Below, piece by piece: positions 53,972-63,579 of a DNA stretch of 64,000 nucleotides. The translations under genes were made by a program, and so were the position numbers. Position 1 is the stretch's first letter. Each line of letters begins with the position of its first letter. The notes beneath the pieces are model-generated. The model was not told the origin of the DNA. It saw nothing but the letters and a program-made list of their open reading frames with translations, and made no database searches. The stretch spans positions 1,120 to 65,119 of the forward strand of contig JAVBNN010000009.1 in assembly GCA_031551525.1 (NCBI GenBank). The letters are read 5' to 3'. The DNA is from Acidaminococcales bacterium. Lineage in GTDB: Bacteria > Bacillota > Negativicutes > Acidaminococcales > JAISLQ01.

Positions 53972-54832
53972 ATGAATAGTATCAAAACAGTGTTACTTAT
54001 GACGATGATGATCGTTTTGCTTACATCCATCGGCGGTATGATTGGTGGCCGCGACGGTATGTTTATAATGTTCGGCATTTCGCTGGTGATGAATTTTGCC
54101 AGCTATTGGTTCAGCGATACAATGGTGCTAAAAGCCTACCGCGCCGAGGAAGCTACCGAGCAAACCGCGCCGGAGCTCTTCCGCATGGTGGCCAATCTGG
54201 CTAAAAATGCCGATTTGCCTATGCCCAAGGTATACACGATAAACACGGATGTGCCTAACGCTTTTGCCACAGGGCGCAATCCTTCGCACGCCGCAGTGGC
54301 GGTCACCAGCGGCATAATGCGTGCGCTTAACTACGAAGAACTGGAAGGCGTGCTGTCCCATGAACTTAGCCACGTAAAACACCGCGACACACTTATCAGC
54401 ACACTTTCCGCCACCATGGCCGGTACCATCTCCATGTTGGCAAACGCCGCTCAGTGGGGAGCCATGATGGGCGGACGCCGTGACGATGAAGAAGGCGGCG
54501 GCAGCCTTATCGGTACGCTTATTATCGCGATACTGGCGCCTTTTGCGGCCATGCTCATCCAAATGGCTATTTCGCGTTCGCGCGAATACATGGCTGATGA
54601 AAGCGGCGCTCATATATGCGGCAAACCGCTTGCCTTAGCCAGTGCCCTGCAAAAGATCGAAATGTACGCCCAGCGTAAAGTGCTGCCGAGCGCCACACCT
54701 GCCACCTCGCACATGTTTATCATAAACCCCTTAGCCGGTATCGGCGGGATGATGAACAGCATGTTTAGTACCCATCCCGCAACGCCAGATCGCATCGCAC
54801 GGCTGCAGGAGATAGCAAGGGAAATGAAATGA
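53972..54832 (+). CDS. htpX: Zinc metalloprotease HtpX (M48 family)
   Basis: Membrane N-terminus and HELSHVKHRD (HExxH), plus a C-terminal EYMADESGA. Start at MNSIKTV (ATG 53972). Confidence 0.92.
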   Translation: MNSIKTVLLMTMMIVLLTSIGGMIGGRDGMFIMFGISLVMNFASYWFSDTMVLKAYRAEEATEQTAPELFRMVANLAKNADLPMPKVYTINTDVPNAFATGRNPSHAAVAVTSGIMRALNYEELEGVLSHELSHVKHRDTLISTLSATMAGTISMLANAAQWGAMMGGRRDDEEGGGSLIGTLIIAILAPFAAMLIQMAISRSREYMADESGAHICGKPLALASALQKIEMYAQRKVLPSATPATSHMFIINPLAGIGGMMNSMFSTHPATPDRIARLQEIAREMK

Positions 54833-54836
54833 CACT

Positions 54837-54870
54837 AAATGGCCGGAAAAGAGCTTCCGGCCATTTAAAT
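54837..54870 (+). terminator. Rho-independent terminator after htpX
   Basis: AAATGGCCGGAA (54838-54849), loop, then TTCCGGCCATTT (54855-54866), followed by AAATTT. Confidence 0.7.
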
Positions 54871-54931
54871 TTGTACAATAGTTGATAAAAGATATATAAT
54901 AAATCATATACATTTTTTCAGGAGGGCACTC

Positions 54932-56011
54932 ATGGTATTGCGGACAGATAAATCACTGGAATGGCTAAAAAAGTTTTCTGAAGTTTGCGGACCGACCGGC
55001 TATGAACAAAGGATAAAAGCGCTTTTATCCGAACGGATGAAAGGCTTGGGAGATATATCGACCGATGGCCTCGGAAGCATCGTATTCACCCGCAAAAACA
55101 AAGGACCGGTCGTAATGATGGCCGCCCATATGGATGAAATCGGTTTTATGGTCAAACATATCACCAAAGAAGGATTTTTGAAATTCGTCTGCCTGGGCGG
55201 CTGGTGGGAGCAAGTCATGCTCGGCCAGCGCGTTACCGTGCACACAGATAAAGGCGACATCATAGGAGTTATCGGCAGCAAACCGCCGCATATCCTCGCA
55301 CCTGAAGAACGCAAAAAAATGGTCGAGAAAAAAGACATGTTCATTGATATCGGTGCCGCCGGACAGCAAGAAGTCGTCGAAAAATTCGGCGTTCAGCCGG
55401 GCAACTTTATCACTCCGTATAGTCAATTTGCCGTTATGGCCAACAAAGATTACCTTTTGGGCAAAGCCTGGGACAACCGGGTAAGCTGCGCCGTTATGGC
55501 CGAAGTAATGGAAAACCTGGTTAAAGTCGGACACCCCAATACCCTTTGTGCGGTGGGTACTGTGCAGGAAGAAGTGGGGTTGCGCGGCGCAGGCACTAGT
55601 GCCAATATGCTCAAGCCTGATATCGGTCTTGTCATAGACACCACCATAGCCGGCGGCATGCCGGGCGTGGCGGACGACATAGCCCCTTCCAAACTGGGCG
55701 CGGGGGTGGGCATCACTATCTATGACGCGTCCCTCATACCCAACACCGCTTTGCGCGATCTGGCGATCGACACGGCGAAAAAAGGCAAGATACCCTATCA
55801 GCTTTCCTACTCGGAAGGCGGCGGCACGGACGGCGGGCGCATACACATGCAGGGCAACGGCGTACCGACGCTGGTACTCAGTCTGCCTACCCGCTATATC
55901 CATAGCCACCAGGGCATTATACATCGCAAAGACTATGATGCCGCGGTAAAACTTATCACCGGCCTCGCCGGGCGCCTAGACGCCGCAATGGTGAAAAAGA
56001 TACGTGGCTGA
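54932..56011 (+). CDS. M42 family metallo-aminopeptidase (YsdC/FrvX/PepA-like)
   Basis: LKKFSEVCGPTGYEQRI...VMMAAHMDEIGFMVKHI...AWDNRVSCAV...TVQEEVGLRGA...VIDTT...RYIHS. Confidence 0.88.
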   Translation: MVLRTDKSLEWLKKFSEVCGPTGYEQRIKALLSERMKGLGDISTDGLGSIVFTRKNKGPVVMMAAHMDEIGFMVKHITKEGFLKFVCLGGWWEQVMLGQRVTVHTDKGDIIGVIGSKPPHILAPEERKKMVEKKDMFIDIGAAGQQEVVEKFGVQPGNFITPYSQFAVMANKDYLLGKAWDNRVSCAVMAEVMENLVKVGHPNTLCAVGTVQEEVGLRGAGTSANMLKPDIGLVIDTTIAGGMPGVADDIAPSKLGAGVGITIYDASLIPNTALRDLAIDTAKKGKIPYQLSYSEGGGTDGGRIHMQGNGVPTLVLSLPTRYIHSHQGIIHRKDYDAAVKLITGLAGRLDAAMVKKIRG

Positions 56012-56558
56012 TAACAATACAAGGGCGATAATCTTGAAACAAGACGCGATAATTATTCTGGATCCAGAATACAAACGCGCGCTTGATAATTTTAAGTTAA
56101 ACGATAGCAAAAATAAAATCATCCCCCACTCTTGTGGTTTAGGGGATGAAAACAAAGAACTCGAAATAGAATATAACGAAAACCTCAAAGGTTGTATGAG
56201 TACGACGAGGGATAATAAGTCTTATATGGATCAAAGCAAGGAAGCGCACAAAGAAAAAATTAAAATCGTTGATATTGCCGATGTTTTGCCATCCATAATA
56301 GAAGCGCACCCGGAAAATGCTCTCATTTTCAAAATCGACTGTGAAGGCGGAGAGTATGATATTTTTACTAGGCTTGAAAAAACCGGGCTGTTTAAGAAGA
56401 TAAATTTTATAGTAATGGAATGGCATAATTCCCAGGAAAAAAATGTAGAACAACTTGAAAAGATATTGAAACAAAACGATTTTTTCTATCGCTTGACAGG
56501 AAAAAGAGACGGAGTAGTAGGGAATATATTTGCTGTGAATTGCAAAACAAAAAACTAG
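56004..56558 (+). pseudogene. FkbM-family methyltransferase fragment (C-terminal two-thirds only), AT-rich
   Basis: FKIDCEGGEYDIF and the preceding ...PHSCGLGDENKELEI match the FkbM (Methyltransf_21) core. The N-terminal SAM-binding D.GAN.G segment is missing. The frame opens only at a GTG inside the peptidase gene. Base composition is visibly more AT-rich than both flanks. Confidence 0.5.
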
Positions 56559-56615
56559 CAATATTTTTTGTGCCTTGCGATTTATCATATAAGAGCATAT
56601 TTAGGAGGAGAAAAA

Positions 56616-57032
56616 ATGCAAAAAACATTTGTATTGGTAAAACCCGATGGAGTACAGAAAAATCTTATCGGTGAAGTCATCGCCCGTTTTGAAAGACGCG
56701 GCTTGAAAGTAACTGGCCTGAAAATGATCAAAATAACCGAAGCCCAGGCGAAAAAACATTATGCCGAACACGCGGAAAAACCCTTCTTTGGCGAATTGGT
56801 TGAATTTATTACATCCGGCCCTGTAGCCGCCATGGTTATATGCGGCGAAAACGCCATAAAAGCCGTACGCGGCATGATGGGCGCGACAAATCCCCTCGAC
56901 GCTGTTCCGGGCTCCATCCGCGGCGATTATGCTTTGACCATGTCGCAAAACATCGTGCATGGCTCTGATGGAGAAGAAAGCGCCAAAAATGAGATAGAAA
57001 ACTTCTTCAAGACGGAAGAACTGTTCAACTAA
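56616..57032 (+). CDS. ndk: Nucleoside diphosphate kinase
   Basis: [32 protein letters not shown]..., active-site NIVHGSD. Start at ATG 56616 behind AGGAGGAG. Confidence 0.95.
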   Translation: MQKTFVLVKPDGVQKNLIGEVIARFERRGLKVTGLKMIKITEAQAKKHYAEHAEKPFFGELVEFITSGPVAAMVICGENAIKAVRGMMGATNPLDAVPGSIRGDYALTMSQNIVHGSDGEESAKNEIENFFKTEELFN

Positions 57033-57053
57033 AAGAAAAGGGGATGTGATCTC

Positions 57054-57560
57054 ATGGCGAAAGTCTACACCAAGACTGGCGATAAAGGGACGACCGGCCT
57101 CTATACAGGTGAGCGGGTAGCTAAAGACAGCCTCAGGGTGGATGCCTACGGTTCGATAGACGAGTTCAATTCGGCGCTCGGTCTCAGCCGCGCTTTTGTC
57201 AGGCGGGAGGATGTCAGGGAAACGGTACATGGCCTGCAAAAACTGCTCATGTCCATTATGGCCGACGTCGCCAGCCTGAATGCGGAAAAACCCAATATAA
57301 CCGAAGAACAGGTAGCCTTTTTGGAAAACACGATAGATAAATATGACGCAATGCTCAAGCCCCTGGGAAGATTTATCATCCCCGGCGATACCCAGGGCGC
57401 GGCCGCGCTCGATGTGGCGCGCACCACGGCACGTCGCGCGGAAAGGCATTTACTGCGTTTGCACAGAGAAGAACCAGTGAACGAATATGTACTCATTTCG
57501 ATGAACAGGCTTTCTGATTTGTGTTTTATTCTCTCAAGAGTGGAAGTAGAAGTGAAGTAA
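57054..57560 (+). CDS. ATP:cob(I)alamin adenosyltransferase, PduO type
   Basis: VYTKTGDKGTTGLYTGERVAKDSLRVDAYGSIDEFNSALG and a C-terminal LNRLSD. Confidence 0.88.
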   Translation: MAKVYTKTGDKGTTGLYTGERVAKDSLRVDAYGSIDEFNSALGLSRAFVRREDVRETVHGLQKLLMSIMADVASLNAEKPNITEEQVAFLENTIDKYDAMLKPLGRFIIPGDTQGAAALDVARTTARRAERHLLRLHREEPVNEYVLISMNRLSDLCFILSRVEVEVK

Positions 57561-57564
57561 GTAA

Positions 57565-57596
57565 AGGGCGGCAGCTGTAAACTGCCGCCTGTTTAT
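57565..57596 (+). terminator. Rho-independent terminator after the adenosyltransferase gene
   Basis: GGCGGCAG (57567-57574), a 7-nt loop and CTGCCGCC (57582-57589), followed by TGTTTAT. Confidence 0.7.
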
Positions 57597-57754
57597 ATGT
57601 AACGATGAATTTTATGCATAGCCAAAAGTAAATAGATAAATTTATATTTTTCCTGCTTATTTTCGATAACTAGCAGGAAAAAATGTTTTTTATAGAGAAC
57701 TTAGCAAAGTATGACTTATCAATATATTTTATTCGCTGGCAGGAGGGATTGGTT

Positions 57755-59827
57755 TTGAAAGATTATACAGGGGACAATATTCGTAATGTGGCAATAATTG
57801 CGCATGGCGGGGCGGGAAAGACGTCGGTAACCGAGGCGCTGCTTTATCGCAGTGGCGCGATCACCAGAATGGGCCGGGTGGAAGACTCTAATACCACGAC
57901 CGATTTCGAACCGGAAGAAACCAAACGCAAAGTTACTATAAGTGCAGCTTTGGCCCCTATCGAATGGCGCGACCAGAAAATAAATTTTATAGATACTCCG
58001 GGGTATTCGGACTTCGTAGCGGAAGTAAAGGGTGCTCTCAGGGCGGCCGACAGCGCGCTCGTTTTGGTGTGTGCGGCTTCCGGTGTTGAAGTGGAAACCG
58101 AAAAAGTCTGGCGTTACTCTGAAGAACTTAACCTGCCGCGTGTGGTTATGGTGAACAAGATGGACCGCGAAAACGCCAATTTTGACAATGTGGTGGCCGA
58201 CCTTCGTGCCACCCTTAGTCCCAGCATACTGCCCATACAGATGCCGATTGGCGCGGAAGCTGATTTTAAAGGCATCATCGATCTGATCAAAATGAAAGCC
58301 TATTTCCAGCAAGGTAACAGTTCGGTCGAGCAGGACATACCGGCCGAATTTATGGACGCCGCGCAGGCGGCGCGTGACGCTATGGTAGAGGCAGCTGCCG
58401 AAACAGATGACGATATGACCATGAAGTACCTTGAAGGTGAGCAACTTACCGAAGAAGAGATCATGCGAGGTATCGTCAACGGCATCAGGACGGCGAAAAT
58501 CTATCCGGCAGTGGTGGGCTCTGCCGTAAAGAGTGTCGGTATGGGGCGTGTGATGGACGCGATCGTTGACTATACTCCATCTGCGACCGAGAGGAAGTTT
58601 GTCATAATCGACAAGGCAAGTGGTGACGAAACAGAAAAAACCGCCGATGACAAGCTTGCCGCGTTGGTATTTAAAACTACTACTGATCCGTTTGTTGGTC
58701 GTTTGAGCTATTTTCGCGTATTTTCCGGCGTGTTAAAGAGCGACGGTACTATCTATAACGCCAGCAAGGACAAGAGTGAACGTGTTGGCGCGGCCTTTAC
58801 CCTGCGCGGAAAAACACAGATACCTATGAAAACCATAGTAGCCGGAGATATCGGCGTCATAGCCAAACTACAGGAAACTGAAACAGGCGACACCATTTGC
58901 GACAAAGATAAACCTGTTCTTTTCCTGCCGATCGCATTTCCCAAACCTATGTATACCCTGTGCATCGAAGCCAAGAACAAGGCCGACGAAGACAAGATCG
59001 GCCAGGCGCTGGTGCGCTTGATGGACGAAGACAAGACCTTTTTACTTGATAAAAATACCGAGACCAAAGAAAAACTGGTCAGCGGTATTGGTGACCAACA
59101 CCTTGAAATCATCATGGAAAAATTAAAACGCAAATTCGGCGTGGAAGCCGTGTTAAAGCCGCCCACAATTGCCTACCGCGAAACCATCAGAGGCAAAGCC
59201 CGGGTAGAAGGAAAGCATAAAAAACAAAGCGGCGGCCATGGGCAGTTTGGGCATATCTGGATAGAAATGGAACCTCTGGCAACTGGCGGTGGTTTCGAAT
59301 TTGTCGACTCGATCTTTGGCGGCTCGGTGCCGCGCCAATATATACCGGCGGTAGAAAAGGGTATGCGCGAAGCCATCCAAAGCGGCGTACTGGCCGGCTG
59401 TCCGGTAGTGGATATAAAAATCAACCTGGTGGACGGTTCTTACCATACTGTCGACTCTTCGGAAATGGCTTTCAAGATCGCCAGTCACCAGGCCTTCAAA
59501 AAAGGCTCCTTGCAAGCAAAGCCGGTACTTTTAGAGCCGATATACAGTATTGAAGTTATTGTTCCCGAACATAATATGGGCGACATAATCGGCGACTTTA
59601 ACAGCAAGCGCGGTCGCATACTTGGTATGGAACCGATCGGTAACGGTTTGGGTTGTGTCAAAGCACAGGTACCATATTCCGAACTTTTGAAATACGCAGT
59701 AGATTTGCGTTCCATGACACAAGGCCGGGGCAGCTTTGATATGAATTTTGCCCATTATGAAGAAGTGCCGCAAAAAATAGCTGAAGAGATAATCGCCAAA
59801 TCCGGCGTTAAAAATACCGAAGAATAA
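57755..59827 (+). CDS. Elongation factor G paralog (EF-G-like translational GTPase outside the str operon)
   Basis: G1 AIIAHGGAGKTS, G3 DTPGYSDF and G4 NKMD, with EF-G domains II-V (for example GDQHLEIIMEKLKRKFGVE). Start set to the TTG at 57755, 8 nt after AGGAGGG. The upstream part of the ORF-track frame looks non-coding. Confidence 0.85.
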   Translation: MKDYTGDNIRNVAIIAHGGAGKTSVTEALLYRSGAITRMGRVEDSNTTTDFEPEETKRKVTISAALAPIEWRDQKINFIDTPGYSDFVAEVKGALRAADSALVLVCAASGVEVETEKVWRYSEELNLPRVVMVNKMDRENANFDNVVADLRATLSPSILPIQMPIGAEADFKGIIDLIKMKAYFQQGNSSVEQDIPAEFMDAAQAARDAMVEAAAETDDDMTMKYLEGEQLTEEEIMRGIVNGIRTAKIYPAVVGSAVKSVGMGRVMDAIVDYTPSATERKFVIIDKASGDETEKTADDKLAALVFKTTTDPFVGRLSYFRVFSGVLKSDGTIYNASKDKSERVGAAFTLRGKTQIPMKTIVAGDIGVIAKLQETETGDTICDKDKPVLFLPIAFPKPMYTLCIEAKNKADEDKIGQALVRLMDEDKTFLLDKNTETKEKLVSGIGDQHLEIIMEKLKRKFGVEAVLKPPTIAYRETIRGKARVEGKHKKQSGGHGQFGHIWIEMEPLATGGGFEFVDSIFGGSVPRQYIPAVEKGMREAIQSGVLAGCPVVDIKINLVDGSYHTVDSSEMAFKIASHQAFKKGSLQAKPVLLEPIYSIEVIVPEHNMGDIIGDFNSKRGRILGMEPIGNGLGCVKAQVPYSELLKYAVDLRSMTQGRGSFDMNFAHYEEVPQKIAEEIIAKSGVKNTEE

Positions 59828-59833
59828 AACAAT

Positions 59834-59873
59834 ATCCCCGCAACTGCACGCGGTTGCGGGGATAGCTATTTTT
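59834..59873 (+). terminator. Rho-independent terminator after the EF-G paralog
   Basis: ATCCCCGCAAC (59834-59844), an 8-nt loop and GTTGCGGGGAT (59853-59863), followed by AGCTATTTTT. Confidence 0.85.
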
Positions 59874-59880
59874 GCAGCGT

Positions 59881-59909
59881 TTGACGTTAGGGAACAGTAA
59901 GATTATAAT
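59881..59909 (+). promoter_or_regulatory. Sigma-70-type promoter upstream of tkt
   Basis: TTGACG (59881-59886), a 17-nt spacer and TATAAT (59904-59909). Confidence 0.6.
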
Positions 59910-59954
59910 TAAATTATATTGTTGTCAAGAATATTTTGGAGGTATTGGCGAAAT

Positions 59955-61946
59955 ATGTACGATGATATTGACAAAAAATGTATCAGCACTTTACGTATGC
60001 TGGCAATAGAGGCAGTAGAAAAGGCAAAATCCGGCCATCCGGGTTTCCCCCTTGGGGCGGCGCCTCTCATGTATACCATTTGGGACAGGTTTATGGAGCA
60101 CAACCCGTCCAACCCGCAATGGGAAAACCGTGACAGATTCATTCTGTCCGCCGGTCATGGCTCGGCATTACTGTATGCCATGCTACATGTAAGCGGCTAT
60201 GACCTCTCTGTAGAAGAACTTAAAAATTTTCGCCAGTGGGGCTCTAAGACGCCAGGACACCCGGAATATGGCCATACGGTGGGGGTAGAAGCTACCACAG
60301 GGCCGCTGGGGCAAGGTTTTGCCGCCGGCGTTGGCATGGCGGTAGCGGAAAAGATGCTGGCCGCCCGCTATAACCAGCCTGGTTATGATGATATAGTAAA
60401 CCACTATGTATACGGCATCGTGTCGGACGGCGACCTTATGGAAGGCGTGTCGGGCGAGGCGGCATCCCTGGCAGGTACTTTGGGCCTCGGCAAACTTATC
60501 TATCTTTATGACGATAACCACATAACTATCGAGGGTGATACAAATATTGCTTTTACCGAAGATGTAGAAAAGCGTTTCCAGGCTTATGGCTGGCACACGG
60601 TGAGAGTGGGCGACTCTGAATATGTTACCGCCATAGAAGAATCCATCCGGCAAGCTAAGGCTGCAACAGACAAGCCTTCTTTGATATTGGTGCGTACACA
60701 TATTGGCTATGGCAGTCCCAAACAGGATACTGCGGCCGCACATGGTGAACCGCTCGGTACAGACGCTTTTGTCAAAACCAAAGAAAAATATGGATTTTCT
60801 TCGTCTGAAGCCTTTACCGTACCCAATGAGGTATGGGAGTATTTCTCGCAAAACAGGAAAAAATGGGCTACCTGGGAACATGTATGGAACCTGCGCTGGG
60901 AAAAATACCGGCAGGCATACCCGGAACTGGCCAGTGAACTAGCCGCCCGCTGGCAAGGTGATTTTGATGTGCCAGAGGAATACCTGCAGAAGTTATTTAC
61001 CAAAACCGCCAGCACATCTACACGCGAAGCTTCCGGCGTGATATTACAAAAACTGGCGGAAATGCTGCCCGCCCTGTGCGGTGGTTCAGCTGATCTGGCG
61101 CCGTCCAATAAAAGTTATATTAACGAAGCGGGAGATTTTTCCGCGGCGACCCCGGAGGGGCGCAACCTGCACTTTGGTGTACGTGAAGCGGCTATGACCG
61201 CTGTCGTCAACGGCATGGCCCTGCATGGCGGTTTTATACCATATGGAGCCACTTTTCTGGTATTTGCCGATTTCATGCGTCCGGCTATTCGGCTGGCCGC
61301 ACTTATGGGAACACATTCCATATTTGTACTTACCCATGACAGCATAGCAGTCGGCGAAGACGGGCCAACCCACCAACCGATAGAGCAGGCAATGAGTCTT
61401 AGGATAATCCCCGGACTTAACGTACTCCGTCCGGCAGATGCGCTGGAAACCGCCGCCGCTTGGCGTGTGGCGGTAAATGCGCGAAAACCCGTGGCACTTC
61501 TTTTGACGCGCCAAAAATTGCCTGTATTGCACGATTATGCCTCAGCAATAGAACAAGGTGCGGGAAAAGGCGGTTACGTCATAAGCGATTCACCAAAAGC
61601 CCGATTGTCGCTTCTTGCTACCGGTTCGGAGGTCAGCCTGGCGCTTTCGGCGCAAAAGGCCCTTAATGCCGAAGGGATAAGCGCCCGGGTGGTATCTTTG
61701 CCGTCCTGGGAAATGTTTGATGCACAAAGCGAAGAATACAGGAGCTCGGTTTTGCCGGCTGACATTCCGGCGCTGGCGATAGAAGCTGGTACGCCTATAG
61801 GTTGGAGCCGCTATACAGGCAGCGAGAAAAATGTCATAGGGCTCGACCGTTTCGGAGCGTCCGCTCCAGGTGACGTAGTTTATGAAAAACTGGGTTTCAG
61901 TATTAACAATATATTGGATAAAGCCAGGGAAATACTTGGCAAATAA
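59955..61946 (+). CDS. tkt: Transketolase
   Basis: [29 protein letters not shown], the TPP motif GDGDLMEG-like [11 protein letters not shown], and [15 protein letters not shown]. Start at MYDDIDKK (ATG 59955). Confidence 0.95.
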   Translation: MYDDIDKKCISTLRMLAIEAVEKAKSGHPGFPLGAAPLMYTIWDRFMEHNPSNPQWENRDRFILSAGHGSALLYAMLHVSGYDLSVEELKNFRQWGSKTPGHPEYGHTVGVEATTGPLGQGFAAGVGMAVAEKMLAARYNQPGYDDIVNHYVYGIVSDGDLMEGVSGEAASLAGTLGLGKLIYLYDDNHITIEGDTNIAFTEDVEKRFQAYGWHTVRVGDSEYVTAIEESIRQAKAATDKPSLILVRTHIGYGSPKQDTAAAHGEPLGTDAFVKTKEKYGFSSSEAFTVPNEVWEYFSQNRKKWATWEHVWNLRWEKYRQAYPELASELAARWQGDFDVPEEYLQKLFTKTASTSTREASGVILQKLAEMLPALCGGSADLAPSNKSYINEAGDFSAATPEGRNLHFGVREAAMTAVVNGMALHGGFIPYGATFLVFADFMRPAIRLAALMGTHSIFVLTHDSIAVGEDGPTHQPIEQAMSLRIIPGLNVLRPADALETAAAWRVAVNARKPVALLLTRQKLPVLHDYASAIEQGAGKGGYVISDSPKARLSLLATGSEVSLALSAQKALNAEGISARVVSLPSWEMFDAQSEEYRSSVLPADIPALAIEAGTPIGWSRYTGSEKNVIGLDRFGASAPGDVVYEKLGFSINNILDKAREILGK

Positions 61947-61973
61947 TAGTTTTACAGGCGCAAGGAGCAGTTA

Positions 61974-62780
61974 ATGAAAAACGTATTGAGCATAGCAGGT
62001 TCTGATTGCAGTGGTGGTGCAGGTATCCAGGCCGACCTTAAAACATTCAGTGCGCATGGAGTATTTGGCATGAGCGTAGTGGTTTCCGTCGTAGCGGAAA
62101 ATACCAGCAGGGTCATTGATGTACAAGACGTGCGCCCAGATATGATAGAAAAACAAATAGATGCGGTGTTTGAGGATATACCGGTGCATGCAGTCAAGAT
62201 AGGCATGCTTTCCAATGCTGAAAGTATGGCTGCCGTTGCAGGCAAACTGGCCCAATATAAACCGCACAATATAGTTCTTGACCCGGTAATGTACGCCAAA
62301 AACGGCTGTCCGCTTATGGATCCGTCGGCCATCGACGCGCTTATTGCCAATGTAGTGCCACTAGCTGATATCGTCACACCCAATATTCCTGAAGCAGAAA
62401 AGATGGCCGGAATGGAGATAAAAAATATCGCCGACATGGAAAAAGCCGCAGTTATCATTCGAAATATGGGTTGCGGCAGCGTTCTCTTAAAAGGCGGGCA
62501 CGCTGAAGGTGATGCTATAGACGTTCTATTTGACGGGGCTCAATACAACTATTTTTCTGCCAAACGCATAAATACTAAAAATACCCATGGCACGGGCTGC
62601 ACTTACTCATCCGCCATAGCGGCCAATCTCACGCGGGGCCTTTTAAAAGAAGACGCGATCAAACAGGCAAAAAAATACGTCACACTGGCAATTGAGCATG
62701 CTTTGCCTATCGGCAAGGGCAATGGCCCGACACATCATTTTGTCGAACTATATAAAAAAATGGGCTGGTTAGATGACTGA
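61974..62780 (+). CDS. thiD: Hydroxymethylpyrimidine/phosphomethylpyrimidine kinase
   Basis: [29 protein letters not shown], and [14 protein letters not shown]. Confidence 0.93.
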   Translation: MKNVLSIAGSDCSGGAGIQADLKTFSAHGVFGMSVVVSVVAENTSRVIDVQDVRPDMIEKQIDAVFEDIPVHAVKIGMLSNAESMAAVAGKLAQYKPHNIVLDPVMYAKNGCPLMDPSAIDALIANVVPLADIVTPNIPEAEKMAGMEIKNIADMEKAAVIIRNMGCGSVLLKGGHAEGDAIDVLFDGAQYNYFSAKRINTKNTHGTGCTYSSAIAANLTRGLLKEDAIKQAKKYVTLAIEHALPIGKGNGPTHHFVELYKKMGWLDD

Positions 62781-63579
62781 TATAACACTTTCTGCAGCGG
62801 CCTCGCTCCTGGCAAAAGTTCGTACAGTGAGACCTCTCCTGCACCATGTCACAAACCACGTTACATCTTGGTCTAGCGCTTCCATGGCTCTAGCCTGCGG
62901 AGCATCGCCGGTCATGGCCGAAGCTTCGGAAGAATCCACCGAAGTGGCAAAGGTGGCTGATGCTTTGGTGCTGAATTTGGGAACTATCACGACCGCCAAA
63001 TATGAAGCAATGCATAAGGCGCTTAAAATGGCAAAGGCCCGCAGCATACCGGTCATATTAGATCCGGTGGGCGTGGGGCTCACTTCTTTGCGTGCCGATA
63101 TGGCTGACGTGCTTTTGATGGCCGGAGTGTCGGTCGTAAGGGGAAACTCTTCCGAACTGGCAGTATTGGCGGGGATCAGGCCCACCCACACCAGCATTGA
63201 CGGCGATATCAACCTGTCAGGTAAAGACGCAGCGCAAAAAACAGCAAACAAATACGCTTGCCTGGCAGTCGCTACTGGCGAAACAGATTATATAAGCGGC
63301 GGTGGCGAAACTTATAAAGTGAAAAATGGACATAGCTTATTTGCCAGCATAACAGGTGCGGGCTGTATGACAGATACTCTGATAGCAGCTTTTTGTGCCG
63401 TCCACCCTGAAGATTTACTATTGCCTACGGTGGCCGCCCTTTTGACTATGGGGGTGTCCGGGGAGCTTGCAGCGGAAAAGGCTGACGGGCCAGGCAGTTT
63501 TACTATGGCTTTATTGGACTCGGTTTATAAGCTGACTGCGGACGATATCATGCAAAGAGGAAAACTGGAGGCTGTGTGA
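62773..63579 (+). CDS. thiM: Hydroxyethylthiazole kinase
   Basis: PLLHHVTNHVTSWSSASMALACGASPVMA, LNLGT, VLDPVG, and ITGAGCM. It overlaps the thiD stop. Confidence 0.9.
   Translation: MTDITLSAAASLLAKVRTVRPLLHHVTNHVTSWSSASMALACGASPVMAEASEESTEVAKVADALVLNLGTITTAKYEAMHKALKMAKARSIPVILDPVGVGLTSLRADMADVLLMAGVSVVRGNSSELAVLAGIRPTHTSIDGDINLSGKDAAQKTANKYACLAVATGETDYISGGGETYKVKNGHSLFASITGAGCMTDTLIAAFCAVHPEDLLLPTVAALLTMGVSGELAAEKADGPGSFTMALLDSVYKLTADDIMQRGKLEAV

Noticed and set aside
57648-57684. Hairpin TTTTCCTGCT-N14-AGCAGGAAAA upstream of the EF-G paralog, considered as a riboswitch or attenuator
   Set aside because: It is a single simple stem with no recognisable conserved riboswitch blocks. It could be a weak second terminator for the upstream gene, but the evidence is insufficient for any specific call.
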